64,000 nucleotides of DNA from Phoronis australis. Lineage: Eukaryota > Animalia > Phoronida. Location of the stretch: contig NMRA01000060.1 in NCBI GenBank assembly GCA_002633005.1, forward strand, positions 289,472 to 353,471. The letters run 5' to 3'. This document shows, one piece after another, positions 26,589 to 39,475 of this stretch. The notes beneath the pieces were generated by a model. That model worked only from the letters and a program-made list of their open reading frames with translations. It had not been told where the DNA came from and ran no database searches. Both the position numbers and the translations under genes were made by a program. Every line of letters starts with the position of its first letter. The first letter of the stretch is position 1.

Positions 26589-26647
26589 TGGAATAATCAA
26601 AACTGGCCTTAATTTTAAGTAAATTAAGGCCAGTTTTGATTATTCCA
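26589..26647. repeat. Perfect 27-bp inverted repeat with a 5-nt loop
   Basis: TGGAATAATCAAAACTGGCCTTAATTT-taagt-AAATTAAGGCCAGTTTTGATTATTCCA. Confidence 0.9.
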
Positions 26648-26664
26648 TGTTTGCAAAATTGCAA

Positions 26665-26930
26665 ATGAGAGCGCTCGCAGGAGTGACACTTGGCGAAATT
26701 AACTGAAAAACCTCAATGAAGATGATGATGACGACGATGATGATCACGGCGGCGATGATGAACACGATAACATTCATATGACGAACGACGATGTCAGAAA
26801 TGAGTAAGAAATAGGCTATAGTCTTGTTCACTAGAAGGTAAACCAACAAAAGTGCAGCATTATCAGTCAACAAATGAACAGTGTTAACAGAAAATCTCGA
26901 ATTATTCAAAAAGTCGAGGTCCTAGTATTT
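26665..26930 (-). mobile_element. 3'-end fragment of the 54811-55798 family
   Basis: The reverse complement aligns by eye with 55535-55795 (CTAGGAC..GAGATTTTCTG..TAGCCTATTTCTTACT..GTCATATGAATGTTATCGTGTT..CCAAGTGTC). Confidence 0.7.
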
Positions 26931-28180
26931 TGAGAGTGTAAAAAGGTCAAACTATTATCACTACTCGTAAACGCTACATTTGAAAACAGCATGAATGTAG
27001 AATAATCAAAACTGGCCTTTATTTACTTTTACAAAAAATGGTTTAAAAAGATATATTGGACAATAGACATTACTGGCACTCCTGAGGTATGTTCCGTAGA
27101 TGCGAGAGCTTTGCAAAAATGCAAGATCACGCAAGTCTTCACAAGATACCACCATGCAAAGCACATAACCACCCTAGCTTCCTTCACACGATTCTTGACC
27201 TTCTACTTCTGATGTATCATCTTTAGTCATCTGACATGGCCACTCCATAGAAATCATACCAGGCATTCCTACCACTTGTGATGTTACATAATAACTGGAT
27301 CAGGGAGTACAGAACACCAGTTGTGGGTCACAGACAACATCTCCACCTCCTGCTTGTTAAAATATAAAGTAGGAGGAAGCCATTCCTGACTGACAGTACA
27401 AAGTGGGCAGAATGTAGGTCTGTTGGACAGCCCTATTCCCAGAACGGTGACCAAAAGAAGACGCTTCATATTGGATGCTTCTTGCAGTTCTGAATATTTT
27501 CCAGTCTCTAATCTGCCTAGAAAGCACCGACACAACGGATTATATTTGGGCACATTTTTGAAAGGAGACAAAGATTAAGTCTGTGTTTCCCCGTGTTCCG
27601 ACCGAGAAGTGAACTTTTGATTTCGACATACGACACTGGTCTCGAGAAGTGATTTCTAGGTTTGCTAAGAAGCAGAGGTGCATAAAATGACATAAAATAA
27701 CACAACAGAGCCTGGTCTTAAGCTTTAATTAACTGCCAGTTCTTTCAGTGCCCATAAAATCATCTCCAATTAGACGAACAGTTCAAGACCAGTTTCATAA
27801 CCACTATTTGGTCTAGAACAAAAGTTGTTTTGATAATGGAATGGGGGTTTGTTATAACCTCTGTAATGCAATATATAAGATACCAAATTTAAAGGAAGAA
27901 CATGACTACCTCTGTTTTTTGTGAAGTGATTCACAGGAAGGAAATATCACATAAAAATCTAAAAATCAACAGGAACATTGAATAAAAGATCTCATTTGGA
28001 ATCGAAAACCATACCTTAAGCTTATCGGTGTATAGCCGCGTCGTCCACAACTCACAAACTTGGTTCACCACTAGGACTTAAATCTCAATAGCCTCTCGTA
28101 CATTATGCTTACTCCACAGCACAGGGTACAGAAGGCTTTTGAGATCAGAGTCTATGAGGGTGCACCTGGTGGTGAATCAA

Positions 28181-28690
28181 TTTTTTTTCAAGTATTTATT
28201 ATCATTGATAAACAAATACAAAAAACCAACGAACACGAACATCCATTCATTCACGCATGCAGCAACCATTCTCGTATCACATATAAAGTAAACAACTGGT
28301 GTACATGAAGTAAAGTGAACAAATGTTCCCATTTCCCAGAAAAGCTGTCGTACCAAGTTCGTGAGATATGGACAAAACTGCTGTACACCGACAACCTCAA
28401 GGTATGACTTTTCGGTTCCAGAAGGGTTCTTTATAAATCATCATCGTTTAAATGGAATCCAGGAATATACAAAATCTCATCAAAGGAACATACAAGAGCT
28501 TCATACTCATAATGGAAATTGATTCACGTGTTTCTTGAAGAAAACGATAACATTTGCAAAAGACATCAAATCCATTCTCAGGACTCCAGGGCATCTTAAT
28601 TGTAGACATCAGTGCTGCTGCGCTTGAAATGAAATTAATTTCTAGAGACACATAGGAAATTGAAACAGACAACCTTTCAACTCTTACTGA
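28181..28690 (-). mobile_element. Probable 5'-truncated non-LTR retrotransposon tail (L1/Tx1-like), degenerate
   Basis: The minus strand ends with AATAAA followed closely by A8. A degenerate coding-like stretch upstream includes YDSFSGKWEHLF, reminiscent of the F..KW end of Tx1-type ORF2. No TSD found. Confidence 0.4.
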
Positions 28691-28908
28691 TAACAGATAA
28701 TGGAAAGCTTTTATGAAATGTATTCACCACAGAAGAGGGGACTAAATCCATTATTTAGTGTAAGCCTAGTTTCTACAGGCCCAGAGCATGTTACATCAAC
28801 AGCGTCCATTTCTGAACTTTACCAATGCTGTTGGTTTTTCGGTAGTATGCTCAACAGAGGAAATTTGGGGATAACGCGAAGGAAAACTGATTTCCGCAGC
28901 AAGCTCCC

Positions 28909-29082
28909 AATTGACCTATCGCAAGGTCCGCCCCCTTGCAAAATGTCGACAAACAAACAATAAGTTTTGCCCGGCAATTTGTTGATGGTCGGGGGAAATG
29001 GCAGTTTGGAAAGGTGTGACAAGAATGCTGCGTTCTGATTGGTCAGTCAAGCTGTTATTCAAAATCTGGCGATAGGTCAATT
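28909..29082. mobile_element. 174-bp MITE with AATTGACCTATCGC terminal inverted repeats (copy 1)
   Basis: Perfect 14-bp TIR, of which AATT may be a 4-bp TSD. A homologous copy lies at 36848-37018. Confidence 0.8.
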
Positions 29083-29833
29083 TCAGCTTGGACTTCACTT
29101 ATTTAACAAACAATATGGTCAAGAGAAGAAATTCTTTTTTATCAAATTTATCAACAAAAATAAATATTAAGATTTAGTCAATCGCTAAGATGATTTTAGT
29201 TGTGTCGATATCTTAAGACAACTTTACGTAAATTTCCACAAATTGCAGTCATCAGCCTTTTGTAAAATGGAAAATGCCAATTCTGAAAATTATTTCTGCG
29301 CGAAATAAGTGAAGAATTATGGTATTCTCACGTTTGACAGGTCCATTCTATTTGTACAATGTTCTGTGATAAGTTCACAATACAGACCTTGAAACACAGA
29401 ATAAGACACATTTCAGACTTGTTCAAAACATGTAGACACCACAATTTCCATCAACTTATCACAATTTATAACAAATGATATCGCCTTACATAGTTTTATA
29501 TTTCCAACAAGGCCTTCAACACTCCCAAGCCAAAGACAGCCATATTCCTTTAGCATTGATTTGTGAGCACATCTGGAAGTCCATTTGTCTGGAACTCCCA
29601 CGTGCAGCAACTTCTGTCCGACCAATGAAAGGTTTGATATGACTTTGTGTCTCAGCCAGCAAATCATTTTTACCACTTGGCCATTTATGTTAACAAGACC
29701 CATTTGGGTAGATCAAAGCCAACCAGTCATCTCACCAGCCAGCTACATACATAAAAGGAAGCATAAAGGCAAACAAAAAACAGGAAAGAAATAATCAAAC
29801 CCCTGACTTCTTAGTTTTGTCAAGATCCTACAT

Positions 29834-30285
29834 CAAGGTACCTAAACTACACGGTCAACGGACTCATAAACACGGCCCACAGACGCATGAGCACGACTCA
29901 CGGACCTGCAAACACCGTCCACTGACTCACAAACACGGGAACGGACTCACAAAACATGATCCACACACCCAAATACAAGGGGCACGGACTCACGTTCACG
30001 AAGAAACACAGTTAACGGACTACCAAACACGGTTTACAGACAAAATGGAGATGTCACCTGACCCAGGAAGCCGATGAGTCCATGACCCGTGTTTGGCGGT
30101 CCGTTAAACGTGTTTCCTCGTGAATTTGAGTCCGTGTACTGTGTATTTGGGTGCGTGGATCGTGTTTTGTGAGTCCGTTCCCGTTTTTGTGAGTCAGTGG
30201 ACGGTGTTTGCAGGTCCGTGAGTCGTGTTCATGCGTCTGTGGGCCGTGTTTATGAGTTTGTTGACCGTGTAGTTTAGGTACCTTG
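29834..30285. mobile_element. About 450-bp foldback element with internally repetitive inverted arms
   Basis: Termini CAAGGTACCTAAACTACACGGTCAAC and their reverse complement. Arms of about 200 bp are built from CACGGACTCACAAA-like subunits. Flanks are TACAT and TGCAT (imperfect 5-bp TSD?). Confidence 0.85.
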
Positions 30286-32670
30286 TGCATTAAACTCACC
30301 ATGAAACTATCAAACTATGACTGGACACTTTTATTCTCTAGCATTCAACCAGCAACAAAACTGAAATGAAAGTTATTTACCCACATTAGATACTTTTCCG
30401 TTTCTTGTTTGATGTAGAAATGCACTGAGAGACAATGACAACTTCGCGGTCACTTTCTCATAAGGGAAACTTTGGTTTAACAAAGCTTCGCTGAAACTTT
30501 GCTCACCTTTACGACTACACAGCGATATCGAAGTTATCGCTGTGACAACAGACGACGCAATTTATTCGTACTCTCAAATGAATAATGAGTAGTGGGTTCG
30601 AGGCTAACTGAAAATGGTTTGCCTGCCGTGTATGAAGGCTCATGAAAATGATCAGAGTTGTTCTTAATCAGATATGCTTCCGTTTATTCATTATTGAGAG
30701 AACGTCGACACTACAATAACAGAAAAAATGTCGACTATGCTACAACAACAAAGAACACGTTTTGCGAGTCTCCCGTGATTGTAAATCGTTGCCACAACCT
30801 CTACCGATAACTTCGATGAAACTTCGCTTTGACTGTTACCACTACACCGAAGTTTCGGTGAGTACCGAAGCTTCACTCTTAAATCCTACTATTTTAAGCG
30901 AAGTTTCGCTTGCAGATTAACTAGCATACTTAACCTTTCCCACATACCAAAATTTCGGTTAAAGTGAAATTTCATTTCTAATGCGAAAGCAACTAATGAA
31001 GCAAATTTGGCCCGAAACATGATTCACTGGTAATGAAACAAGTTCAGCTAATTAGCTGTTAGTTCAACATTTTTAAACGATGACCTCACAACAAAGATTA
31101 AGGCCATGTGATGCATTAAGATACTCCACAAAATTTAGCAGCAGAATAACGTAATGGCTTGGTACCCTGTACTTTCATTTATTTTACAACAAAGTACAAT
31201 TTTAAATGACTTGAAAATTTTGACATTTCATTTCAGCCATCTTTATATATAGGAATCTACGGTATGGTAGTTCATTTTTACAGCTTTGTACCAAGTCCTG
31301 CTGTGAAAAAGTGAGAATGAAAGAAAACACTTGACACAACGCCAGCGCTGGGCTGCATGCTGAAGACCCGACAAAGAAGACCAGAAAAGCTAGTGCGACA
31401 AAGTTCTTCCCTTCTAATGCATCTCACAGAAAGCAGCCCAGATGTGTAGTACAATTAAGAATGTTGTCACAGAAATTTTGCCACATGGCTTGGTGGGTTA
31501 TGTTACAAAGATGTTGAATGAGAAAAATTCACTGGCACATCATGCTTATCACCTGCTAAGTGTCCTCCCCCAGTTTACACTAATATGGCCTCTCTAAAAG
31601 TGCCAATATCTTTGTGGTTCTTTTGGCTCATGTGAACTCTAATATCGAACATGTGTGCAAAACTGGTGTAACTTGGCGAGATGTGGGACAAATCTTCCTA
31701 AAGCGGCACAGTCGATAACTACGAGTCTGGTCGAGTTTGCTAAACTCAGTGCACTACTTCAGCATGCACTTGACTCATCAACAGTGGAGTGTATGGCATT
31801 CCACATGGGGGCTCACCAGGCCAAAAAAAACATGGTAAAAACACTACATTTGGAAATCATGTGTAGACCAGCATGGACAAAGGCAGTCAGTCTGGTATGA
31901 CAACAGATTTGCCTTTGATGTACAAAATGAACAATGAGGCATATGTTCATGAATCATCAACAACTGGCCATTAGTGCCAAAGATATTCTACACATGACAA
32001 ATTGACAAAACTGAAGAGGATGCACACAATTAACTGTGGCTATTTGGAAAATAAACAAACTTATTCTAGCAAGTGTAATTGATCCAACTCTGGCAATTTA
32101 AATGGAACCTGGAAGTCTGTCGATGACATAAAATGACATAAAAGACATCTTGCCCATGGCACAAGAAATAATTTTGCTTTTAACTGTTCCACAAAGACTG
32201 TAGGCCAGTCGCCACTCTTTCCATCCAGTCATTTATCACCATTTGCTGTTAAGGCTCAACAGTTCTATAAAAGATTGCTATCTTACTAAGGTAGAATTCT
32301 AGGATTCAGACCAGACAGGGTTGAAGGAAGTCACTTCAGTCTTTCACTTGACATTTCATTAAGGGTCAACTTTGATCAAGAGCTGTCACTTCAGGACAGA
32401 CATCGAATCAGCTTGCTAGCCACTCATTTGTTAACACCTCCACTTCTAACACAAGCACTCCAAAAGCCCTGTCTACATTGTTTTACTGTTACAAAAGAAT
32501 TTTGAAAAATTGTGTCAGAGCACCTGTCAAATGAGATGGACATGAAAGTCTTAAACGAAAATTATGTGTCAATGAGACCATGAAGGCAGGGCTTAAATTA
32601 AAATTCTAGCCAAAGCTTATGTTGACAGTTCACAAACAAACAGGAAAAGACAACAGTTCTGAAATTCCAA

Positions 32671-33873
32671 ACAAGAGCAGTGTGGAGCATTGAAATGCAC
32701 TGCAAATGGTGAGCTTCTATGTATCATAAAATGGTCATCAGATGGCCCACAATGTGTCAAGCCCGCCCGAATTGAGACGGTGGTGTCGTTCCGTAATACA
32801 CAACTATTTGCCAAATTTCATGAAAATAAACCAAGAAACCCCTAAGGTATAGAGGCAAACGTAAAAAACAATTGACACTAGGGGACACAGCAATAATCCA
32901 ATTAGTCTGAAACTCAGTTGTCATCTGTTGCAACTAGGGGATGACAGTTATCAGTCCCTTCTGAAAGTCAACTAAGTTGTGGCCATCTCATGAGAAACAT
33001 CTGTAAATTCTCCTAATGACCCTTTAAGCAGTATGGCAGACAGGAAGGCGGATGCCAGAAAACGGAAAAAAATAACAAAAATGGCCACAAGGTGGTGTAA
33101 AATCCATTGAATTCGTTTGAAAATGAAATGCAATAATCCCCTCCTTACTGAAAACCTTTTTGTAGACTTTCATGAAAATCCATCCAGGAACTCAACAGAA
33201 ACAGCTCTAGGAAAACGTAAATAATAAAATTGCCCTTAGGAAACACACAAATTGTCGGATTGGTATGAAACTGTCATCAACTGTTGCCAGCTCCATAGAA
33301 ACACATCTGTCAAATATCATTAAGTTCTTGCAAAGGGCTTTAAGGAAATACAGCCACAAATGCAAAAAAAAACAAAATCCCCAATAAGGGGAGCCAGAGT
33401 AGATAAACCTGTCCGAAAATCAACGTCAGCCACGGTCTCCTCCTCGTTAGGAACAAACCTGCCGAATTTCAAAATGATTCTTCAAGTGGTTTGACAGATA
33501 AGAAGGCGGACGCCAAAAAAACTACCTCGAAAATTTTAAAATTGGCCACTAGATGGCACAGAATTGTCAAGGCCATCTGAAAACAGAAAGGTGTCACCAT
33601 CTCCTGAATAGAAAGCTATTTGCCAAATTTCATGATAATCCACCCAAGAATTCCAAAGATACAGAGCAAACCGTAAAAAAAAAATAAAATTGGCACTAGG
33701 AGACACAGCAGAAGTCGGATCGATCCGAAATTCATCGTCATCCCATTCATAGGAACACACTAGCCAAATCTCATTAAGATCCTGTGACGGGTTTAGGAGA
33801 TAAAGCAGCAGATGCTGGATCCCCAGACAGAGATGATGGCAATATGCACCCATAAATATGTGGGTGCAAAAAA
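32671..33873 (-). mobile_element. Second full-length copy of the same HINE-like family, reverse orientation
   Basis: Begins ACAAGAGCAGTGTGGAGCATTGAAA (reverse complement of the family 3' end). Ends ATGCACCCATA..TATGTGGGTGCAAAAAA (the 5' hairpin). Same internal subunits. Confidence 0.72.
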
Positions 33874-34512
33874 TTGCTGTTCTCAGTTAGCCAATACCAA
33901 GAATTTATGAGCGTTATCTGAGTTGACAGCAGTCACTCAAGAGTACTTTAATAGGTTTGAACCCTGTTTTGAATCAACAAATCTTCTTACTGCCAATTTC
34001 ACCTATCAGAATAAAACCACATAAATTACCAACTTCTACCAGTCTAAAGATGAAATTGTACATCAAACAGACAGAGTTCAAACTCAAACATGGTTCAACA
34101 CAGGACCAACTGTCCACCAGGGGTCACTGAACTTTTGGACTTCAGAAAATTTCCATCTTAAACTGATTAACTTCTAATAAAATAACAAAATTACAGGAAC
34201 TCTAGCTTTTAAAACAGCCATTCAGCTAAACTATGGCTATTGCCTGGGACCTGCTGCTGAACACAGTAAATTTTTGGGTAAAATCTCACCAATTTCGGAT
34301 AAAAATCGCTGCCAAATTTGTCTTTCTTCACTTTCCAAAGACTTGTTATAATGCTCAAGGTATCATGTCTGATGGTGAGCTACCACACAGGTCTCAAACA
34401 TAATAAAACATTTATTTGATGTTACTTATCTATTACAAACTATACCCGAAATTGGTGAGTTTCTAATATCGTGTCCTGAATTGGCGAGATTTCAACGTAC
34501 AAAATTAATCCC

Positions 34513-34817
34513 ACATCCAGAGAGAAATGGATCATAGCAAGACCATGGCGAAACACTGGACACTAAACAGGCGCACAAAATATTAACAGCTACTTGTAAA
34601 TAGTTGCCCTGGCAGTAGCACTAACACATTTCCATCCCAACATAACTGTCAGTACTGAAAGGCCNACATCCAGAGAGAAATGGATCATAGCAAGACCACG
34701 GTGAAACACTGGACACTAAACAGGCGCACAAAATATTAACAACTACTTGTAAATAGTTGCCCTGGCAGTAGCACTCACACATTTCCATCCCAATATAACT
34801 GTCAGTACTGAAAGGCC
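34513..34817. repeat. 152-bp tandem duplication split by a single N (34665); probable haplotype overlap
   Basis: 34513-34664 vs 34666-34817. 5 substitutions seen. Confidence 0.92.
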
Positions 34818-36847
34818 AGTTATGTTCAACACTGGACTATTTCAAAACTTCTGCATGACTAAGCGATTAACTACTGGAAGAAGATATTAAAAAAAAAAAA
34901 AACCAAACAAACCAATATCCCGAACACTGCAAGAATGCGTTGACAAAACGATACAATACAGCCAGTCTGGCTCTATCAATGCCTTCCTATTTTAGCTGGC
35001 AGTGTCCTCGGCAAGAGTTCAGCGGAATATTGATCGATGTGACTGAGAATTCAATAAAAACACAATCATTCTGCTGAGGCCGTGTCAGACTCACTGCAGC
35101 AACAGTGGCCAGGCAGTGTTCACGGTCTGACACAAAGACTTCATTAATTGCGGTAGAATGCGCCCAATTCCCCCAAAGCCATTCTTTAAATTGATCATGC
35201 CTGCCGAAGCAAATTAAAAACATAAGTGTGCCATTAAAACATCTGCCATGGTTTTATCGGTAAACAAAAAAGAAATTACACAGAGGTTTTTTAAAGACTG
35301 TAACATGATTAAATAAACACAAGGTAATTACCATATTTGCCTAGGTTACCGCCCACTCCCAAAATTTTTAACCTAACATACTCATGCTCAACCAATTTAT
35401 AAGATCAAAACTTCCTCAAAAGCTTATCAATCCCACAACATGCGAAACTTCACGAAATCGATTGTGCGAGTTTCAGTTGTACCTTGCCCTCTTTGGGTGG
35501 TTTAATACCACAGCACTTTTTATTAAGCCTTTGCATACCAGTCCAACATAAATGTGGCTTCCTTTCTAGCCATTTGATTTATGAGAATCAACAGACATCC
35601 CCACTTGCCAGTCAAAAATTTTGCCTTTGAAATGCCACTGCCCATCTTAAGGACCAAGTATTTTGCGTATTGCCCAATTTAAGCAGCTTGGGGCTTATTT
35701 CGAGAAGAAACTAACTTGGCTTTTGGACTAAAAAATGACCCACAGATGGTTTTGCCCTTTTCACAAAAATCGGGCTCAGACTGAAAGTCGGAAAATCTGT
35801 CTACAACTCAAAAGTCAAATAACAGCAATCCATAGCCTGCTTGAACAGACAGAAGACAAAACATTTGGAGAAACAGAAGACATAAAATCAACGTTTGGCT
35901 ATTGGCTAAGAGAGACGAAACACTTATTTTAAAACTATACCCCATATTCCTATCATTTGAACATTTTCTAGTGTTGAAAGAATGCTAAAAACAAATATTG
36001 AACCAAACAAAAAAAACTATGAAACATGTGAAACAAATTCTAAATAAACTCTCTGTGTGGTAACATAGTCATGTTGCCAACTTTACCCAACACAGACATA
36101 GAAAAGGTCAATGCATTTCTGACATGTCTTTACACTGTTCCTAATCCCAGCCATTCTGATTACAAGAGTGATTGTGACCAATGAATCATACACAAACATG
36201 ATTCAAAACACCATTGAAAACACAGGGAGGGATGACATGTAACAGGACAGTACACTGCAGCTTCATAATATTTAGAAACAAGATATTTCAGCTTATAAAC
36301 AACAATAAACAAGATTACCTGCAATTAGGTATTAGGTTCAACAATTTACTTTCGCTTAGGCTTCTGCATGTTGCAGCCAATTACAAAATAACCTGTTTGT
36401 AATTATAAGAAAGTGTGAGTTAACATAAAGAACGAGTCAAATTACCGCTAAAACACCATATCATGGAAACTGATGCGAAACGACAGAGCTCTGTATTTCT
36501 AAAGGCCCTAGCCGCCCTACTGATACTTTTTGCTCAACTACCATTTTTCGATGCAGCGACGACGAGATAGCAATAGGGCTAGTTGGTGTTTTACACAGAT
36601 TTAACGCAGTGGTATATTTCCAATGTTTTACCTTTTACAAATTCTTTACCACCAACACACTATTAAATTGCCAGTTATCAGGGTTATAAGGTGGGGTATT
36701 TAAGTAATTCACATGTTTCGTGTCTCACAATATCTGAAATGAAAGGACGTAAAAACTGTGTCTTTTCCATGAATAATTAGACGCTTTTGAGCACTCAATT
36801 CGTTTGAATCTAGAATGTTTCCTTTTCAGTTGACGACAGATAAAACC

Positions 36848-37018
36848 AATTGACCTATCGCAAGCTCTGCCCCCTTGCGAAATGTCGACAAAGAAACAAT
36901 AAGTTTTTCCCCGCAACGTGTTGTTGGTCGGGTAAAATGGCGACGAAGGTCTGTCAAGAATGCTGTATTTTGATTGGTCAGTTAAGCCGTCACTCAAAAT
37001 CCTGGTGATAGGTCAATT
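36848..37018. mobile_element. 171-bp MITE, copy 2 of the AATTGACCTATC family
   Basis: Same TIRs as 28909-29082, with colinear internal sequence. Confidence 0.8.
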
Positions 37019-38098
37019 CTGGGGCAAATTTGAAAGCAACAGAGAATCCCACAGGTTATCAGACCTAATGTACATGAAATTGCAAGCGCATGTGGTTAAG
37101 TACAACAATGGAAAACGTCAAAATTTGGCTAGCTTCATATCTAAGAAATGGTTGGCTGGATTTAATGGAAACTTGCAAAATATTTACATAGTTCAATTTC
37201 GTATAATAAAATGTGCAGTTGCACCATGTTTGAAATGCACCGAATTTGGAATTCTTGGGCCATGTTTGAAAAAAACATTGAGCCTTGTTTAAAATCTTAA
37301 GCCATGTTTGAAAAGTCTGGTGCACAAGGCATATGATTTAAATAGTGTTGCATAGTAGTACTTACTTCTATTATTTTGCAGTGAAAATGACGAAACGACC
37401 ATCTAGTGAAAATAATATTTATTTTCATGAATTAACAAAAAGGAAATTAGGACACAAAAACATGGCACGGAATCTGCACCACATTTAAATTTTTCTCAGG
37501 GACAACCCTGATCTTCATGTTTGAAAACGAAGCTGTGAAACTCATGGCAACATGACATATGTTCTACTGGACATTTCAAAGTCATCAATGATAAAAAATG
37601 TCCACTTTATCAAACGTGAAAGCCATAAAGGCTTTCTTTTGTAAATTATGGTGCATAGGTTAACATTATCACAAAAACACCATGAGCATATATAGATAAT
37701 ATCACCATATGCCACAGAATGAAAATGATATTCCTGCCAGAAATGTTCGAAGAGAATCACTCTTTTGCTGAAAAACAAAGTTCTTGCACAGGGTCTATTA
37801 GGAATATTTATTTACTGCTACTTTCCAGCGACAATTATAATGCATGTCTAAATGTTAACGTTTTCGTCAATGAAAAAGTGATCGCATTTTTGCTACTGTT
37901 GTGAAAGTGCATTATCAAGATATGTATTGGCACTTGGAAGTTGCTGAAGTCTATAGACAGACAAACCCATCTAAAATGTTACATAATAAAGGAATTGAGA
38001 GCACCATTCTCATGCAAATGTAGCTCTTGTGATTTCATCGATTGCACTAGGATACGCAACACCAATTGGCGCTGTGGTCGCATCTTTCATTTCCTTAT

Positions 38099-38261
38099 CA
38101 GGGGCGGATCCAAGATTTTTAGTTGGGGCGGGGGGGGGCAGGACACAGTATTTGCCAGGATTTTGCCTGTCAGACATTCGCACACCCGAACAGCCAAATG
38201 GAAACTGGGAGAATTTTAGGGGGGGCCATGGCCTCATTGGCCCCCTCTAAATCCGTCACTG
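38099..38261. mobile_element. 163-bp MITE (CAGGGGCGGAT...ATCCGTCACTG) with a 5-bp TSD CTTAT
   Basis: Imperfect TIRs. CTTAT at 38094-38098 and 38262-38266. G-rich interior. Confidence 0.75.
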
Positions 38262-38803
38262 CTTATTGCCCAAGAATTGAACTACCAGATGACCAATAAA
38301 ACAACTAAAAGGCACCCGGCACCAGTTTACAAAGATCATAAAAAACAAATTAGCAATCGGTCACCAAATTGGCAAATGACCAAACAATGAAACACAGTTC
38401 ATGAACCAAAAACTGAGACACATTTATTAGCTGGGAAAAAATGTCAAGAGACATTTCCTTTTGAGATGACAAAGGGTTCAACTCTACAAAATATATAATT
38501 AGTCTCTCAAAACAACAGAATTGTTTCTTTGGAGGTGTAAAAACGTGTAATGCACAAATACTACTAGTTTAAAAGCAACAACATACATAGATATATAGGT
38601 TTTAAATTTCCATCCAAGTCAAAAGAGGTTTTAGCAACATGCAATTATACCATAAAACATATTGATCAGATATAATAGCATACATGTATCTCGACTCTGA
38701 GAACCCTGTTTAATCTACTAAGTAAAAGGGATCCTCATTCAGGGATTGTAGTTCTCAAAATGAAGGAATGCTGGTCAATACTGGCACAGTGTCATCACCT
38801 GTA

Positions 38804-39475
38804 CACAGGCGTCCTCAGCTTCTTTCTGATCGTCCCCAATACACTACATATAATACTACAAGGTATGACACTTCGGACTTGAAATTCCACGGGTGCTTCA
38901 CTTCAGCCGTCCATAGCAAACATAAAACTCAATAAATTTGCACAAAACAGGGGTTCAACAAACCATGAAGAATTGTTCTTTCTCCCAATACCATTCACGG
39001 TGTCCTGTTACGGCGACTTCGTAAGAAATTCGCAGTCAAAGAACAAAAATATTCACAAAAAGCCCCCACACACGTTTCCCCTAGGCCCGTCGAGGTCAAG
39101 GACGGTACGGAAATTGCCGCTTTGTCGCGTAAAGTCACGATGTCGCTACTTCCGTAACTCACCGGCAATTTCCGTAACCGTCCTTGACCTCGACGGGCCT
39201 AGGGGAAACGTGTGTGGGGGCTTTTTGTGAATATTTTTGTTCTTTGACTGCGAATTTCTTACGAAGTCGCCGTAACAGGACACCGTGAATGGTATTGGGA
39301 GAAAGAACAATTCTTCATGGTTTGTTGAACCCCTGTTTTGTGCAAATTTATTGAGTTTTATGTTTGCTATGGACGGCTGAAGTGAAGCACCCGTGGAATT
39401 TCAAGTCCGAAGTGTCATACCTTGTAGTATTATATGTAGTGTATTGGGGACGATCAGAAGCTGAGGACGCCTGTG
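38804..39475. mobile_element. 672-bp foldback/MITE-type non-autonomous DNA transposon with an 8-bp TSD (hAT- or P-like)
   Basis: Near-perfect inverted arms of about 315 bp (38804-39119 and 39163-39475), a 43-bp spacer, and termini CACAGGCG...CGCCTGTG. CACCTGTA is duplicated at 38796-38803 and 39476-39483. Confidence 0.93.

Noticed and set aside
27080-27571. Coding-looking minus-strand stretch (MKRLLLVTVLGIGLS...) as a nested gene or alternative signal peptide
   Set aside because: It has stops and frame changes, no recognisable domain and no suitable donor. The 10296-10350 exon already supplies a phase-correct signal peptide.
29817-30302. Two similar His/Thr-rich ORFs on opposite strands
   Set aside because: They are mirror translations of the two arms of a foldback element.
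38804-39475. RAG-transposon/Transib identity for the CACAG-ended palindrome
   Set aside because: The ends are CACAGGC, not the CACAGTG/CACTATG heptamer. No nonamer-like box was seen, and the TSD is 8 bp rather than 5 bp.
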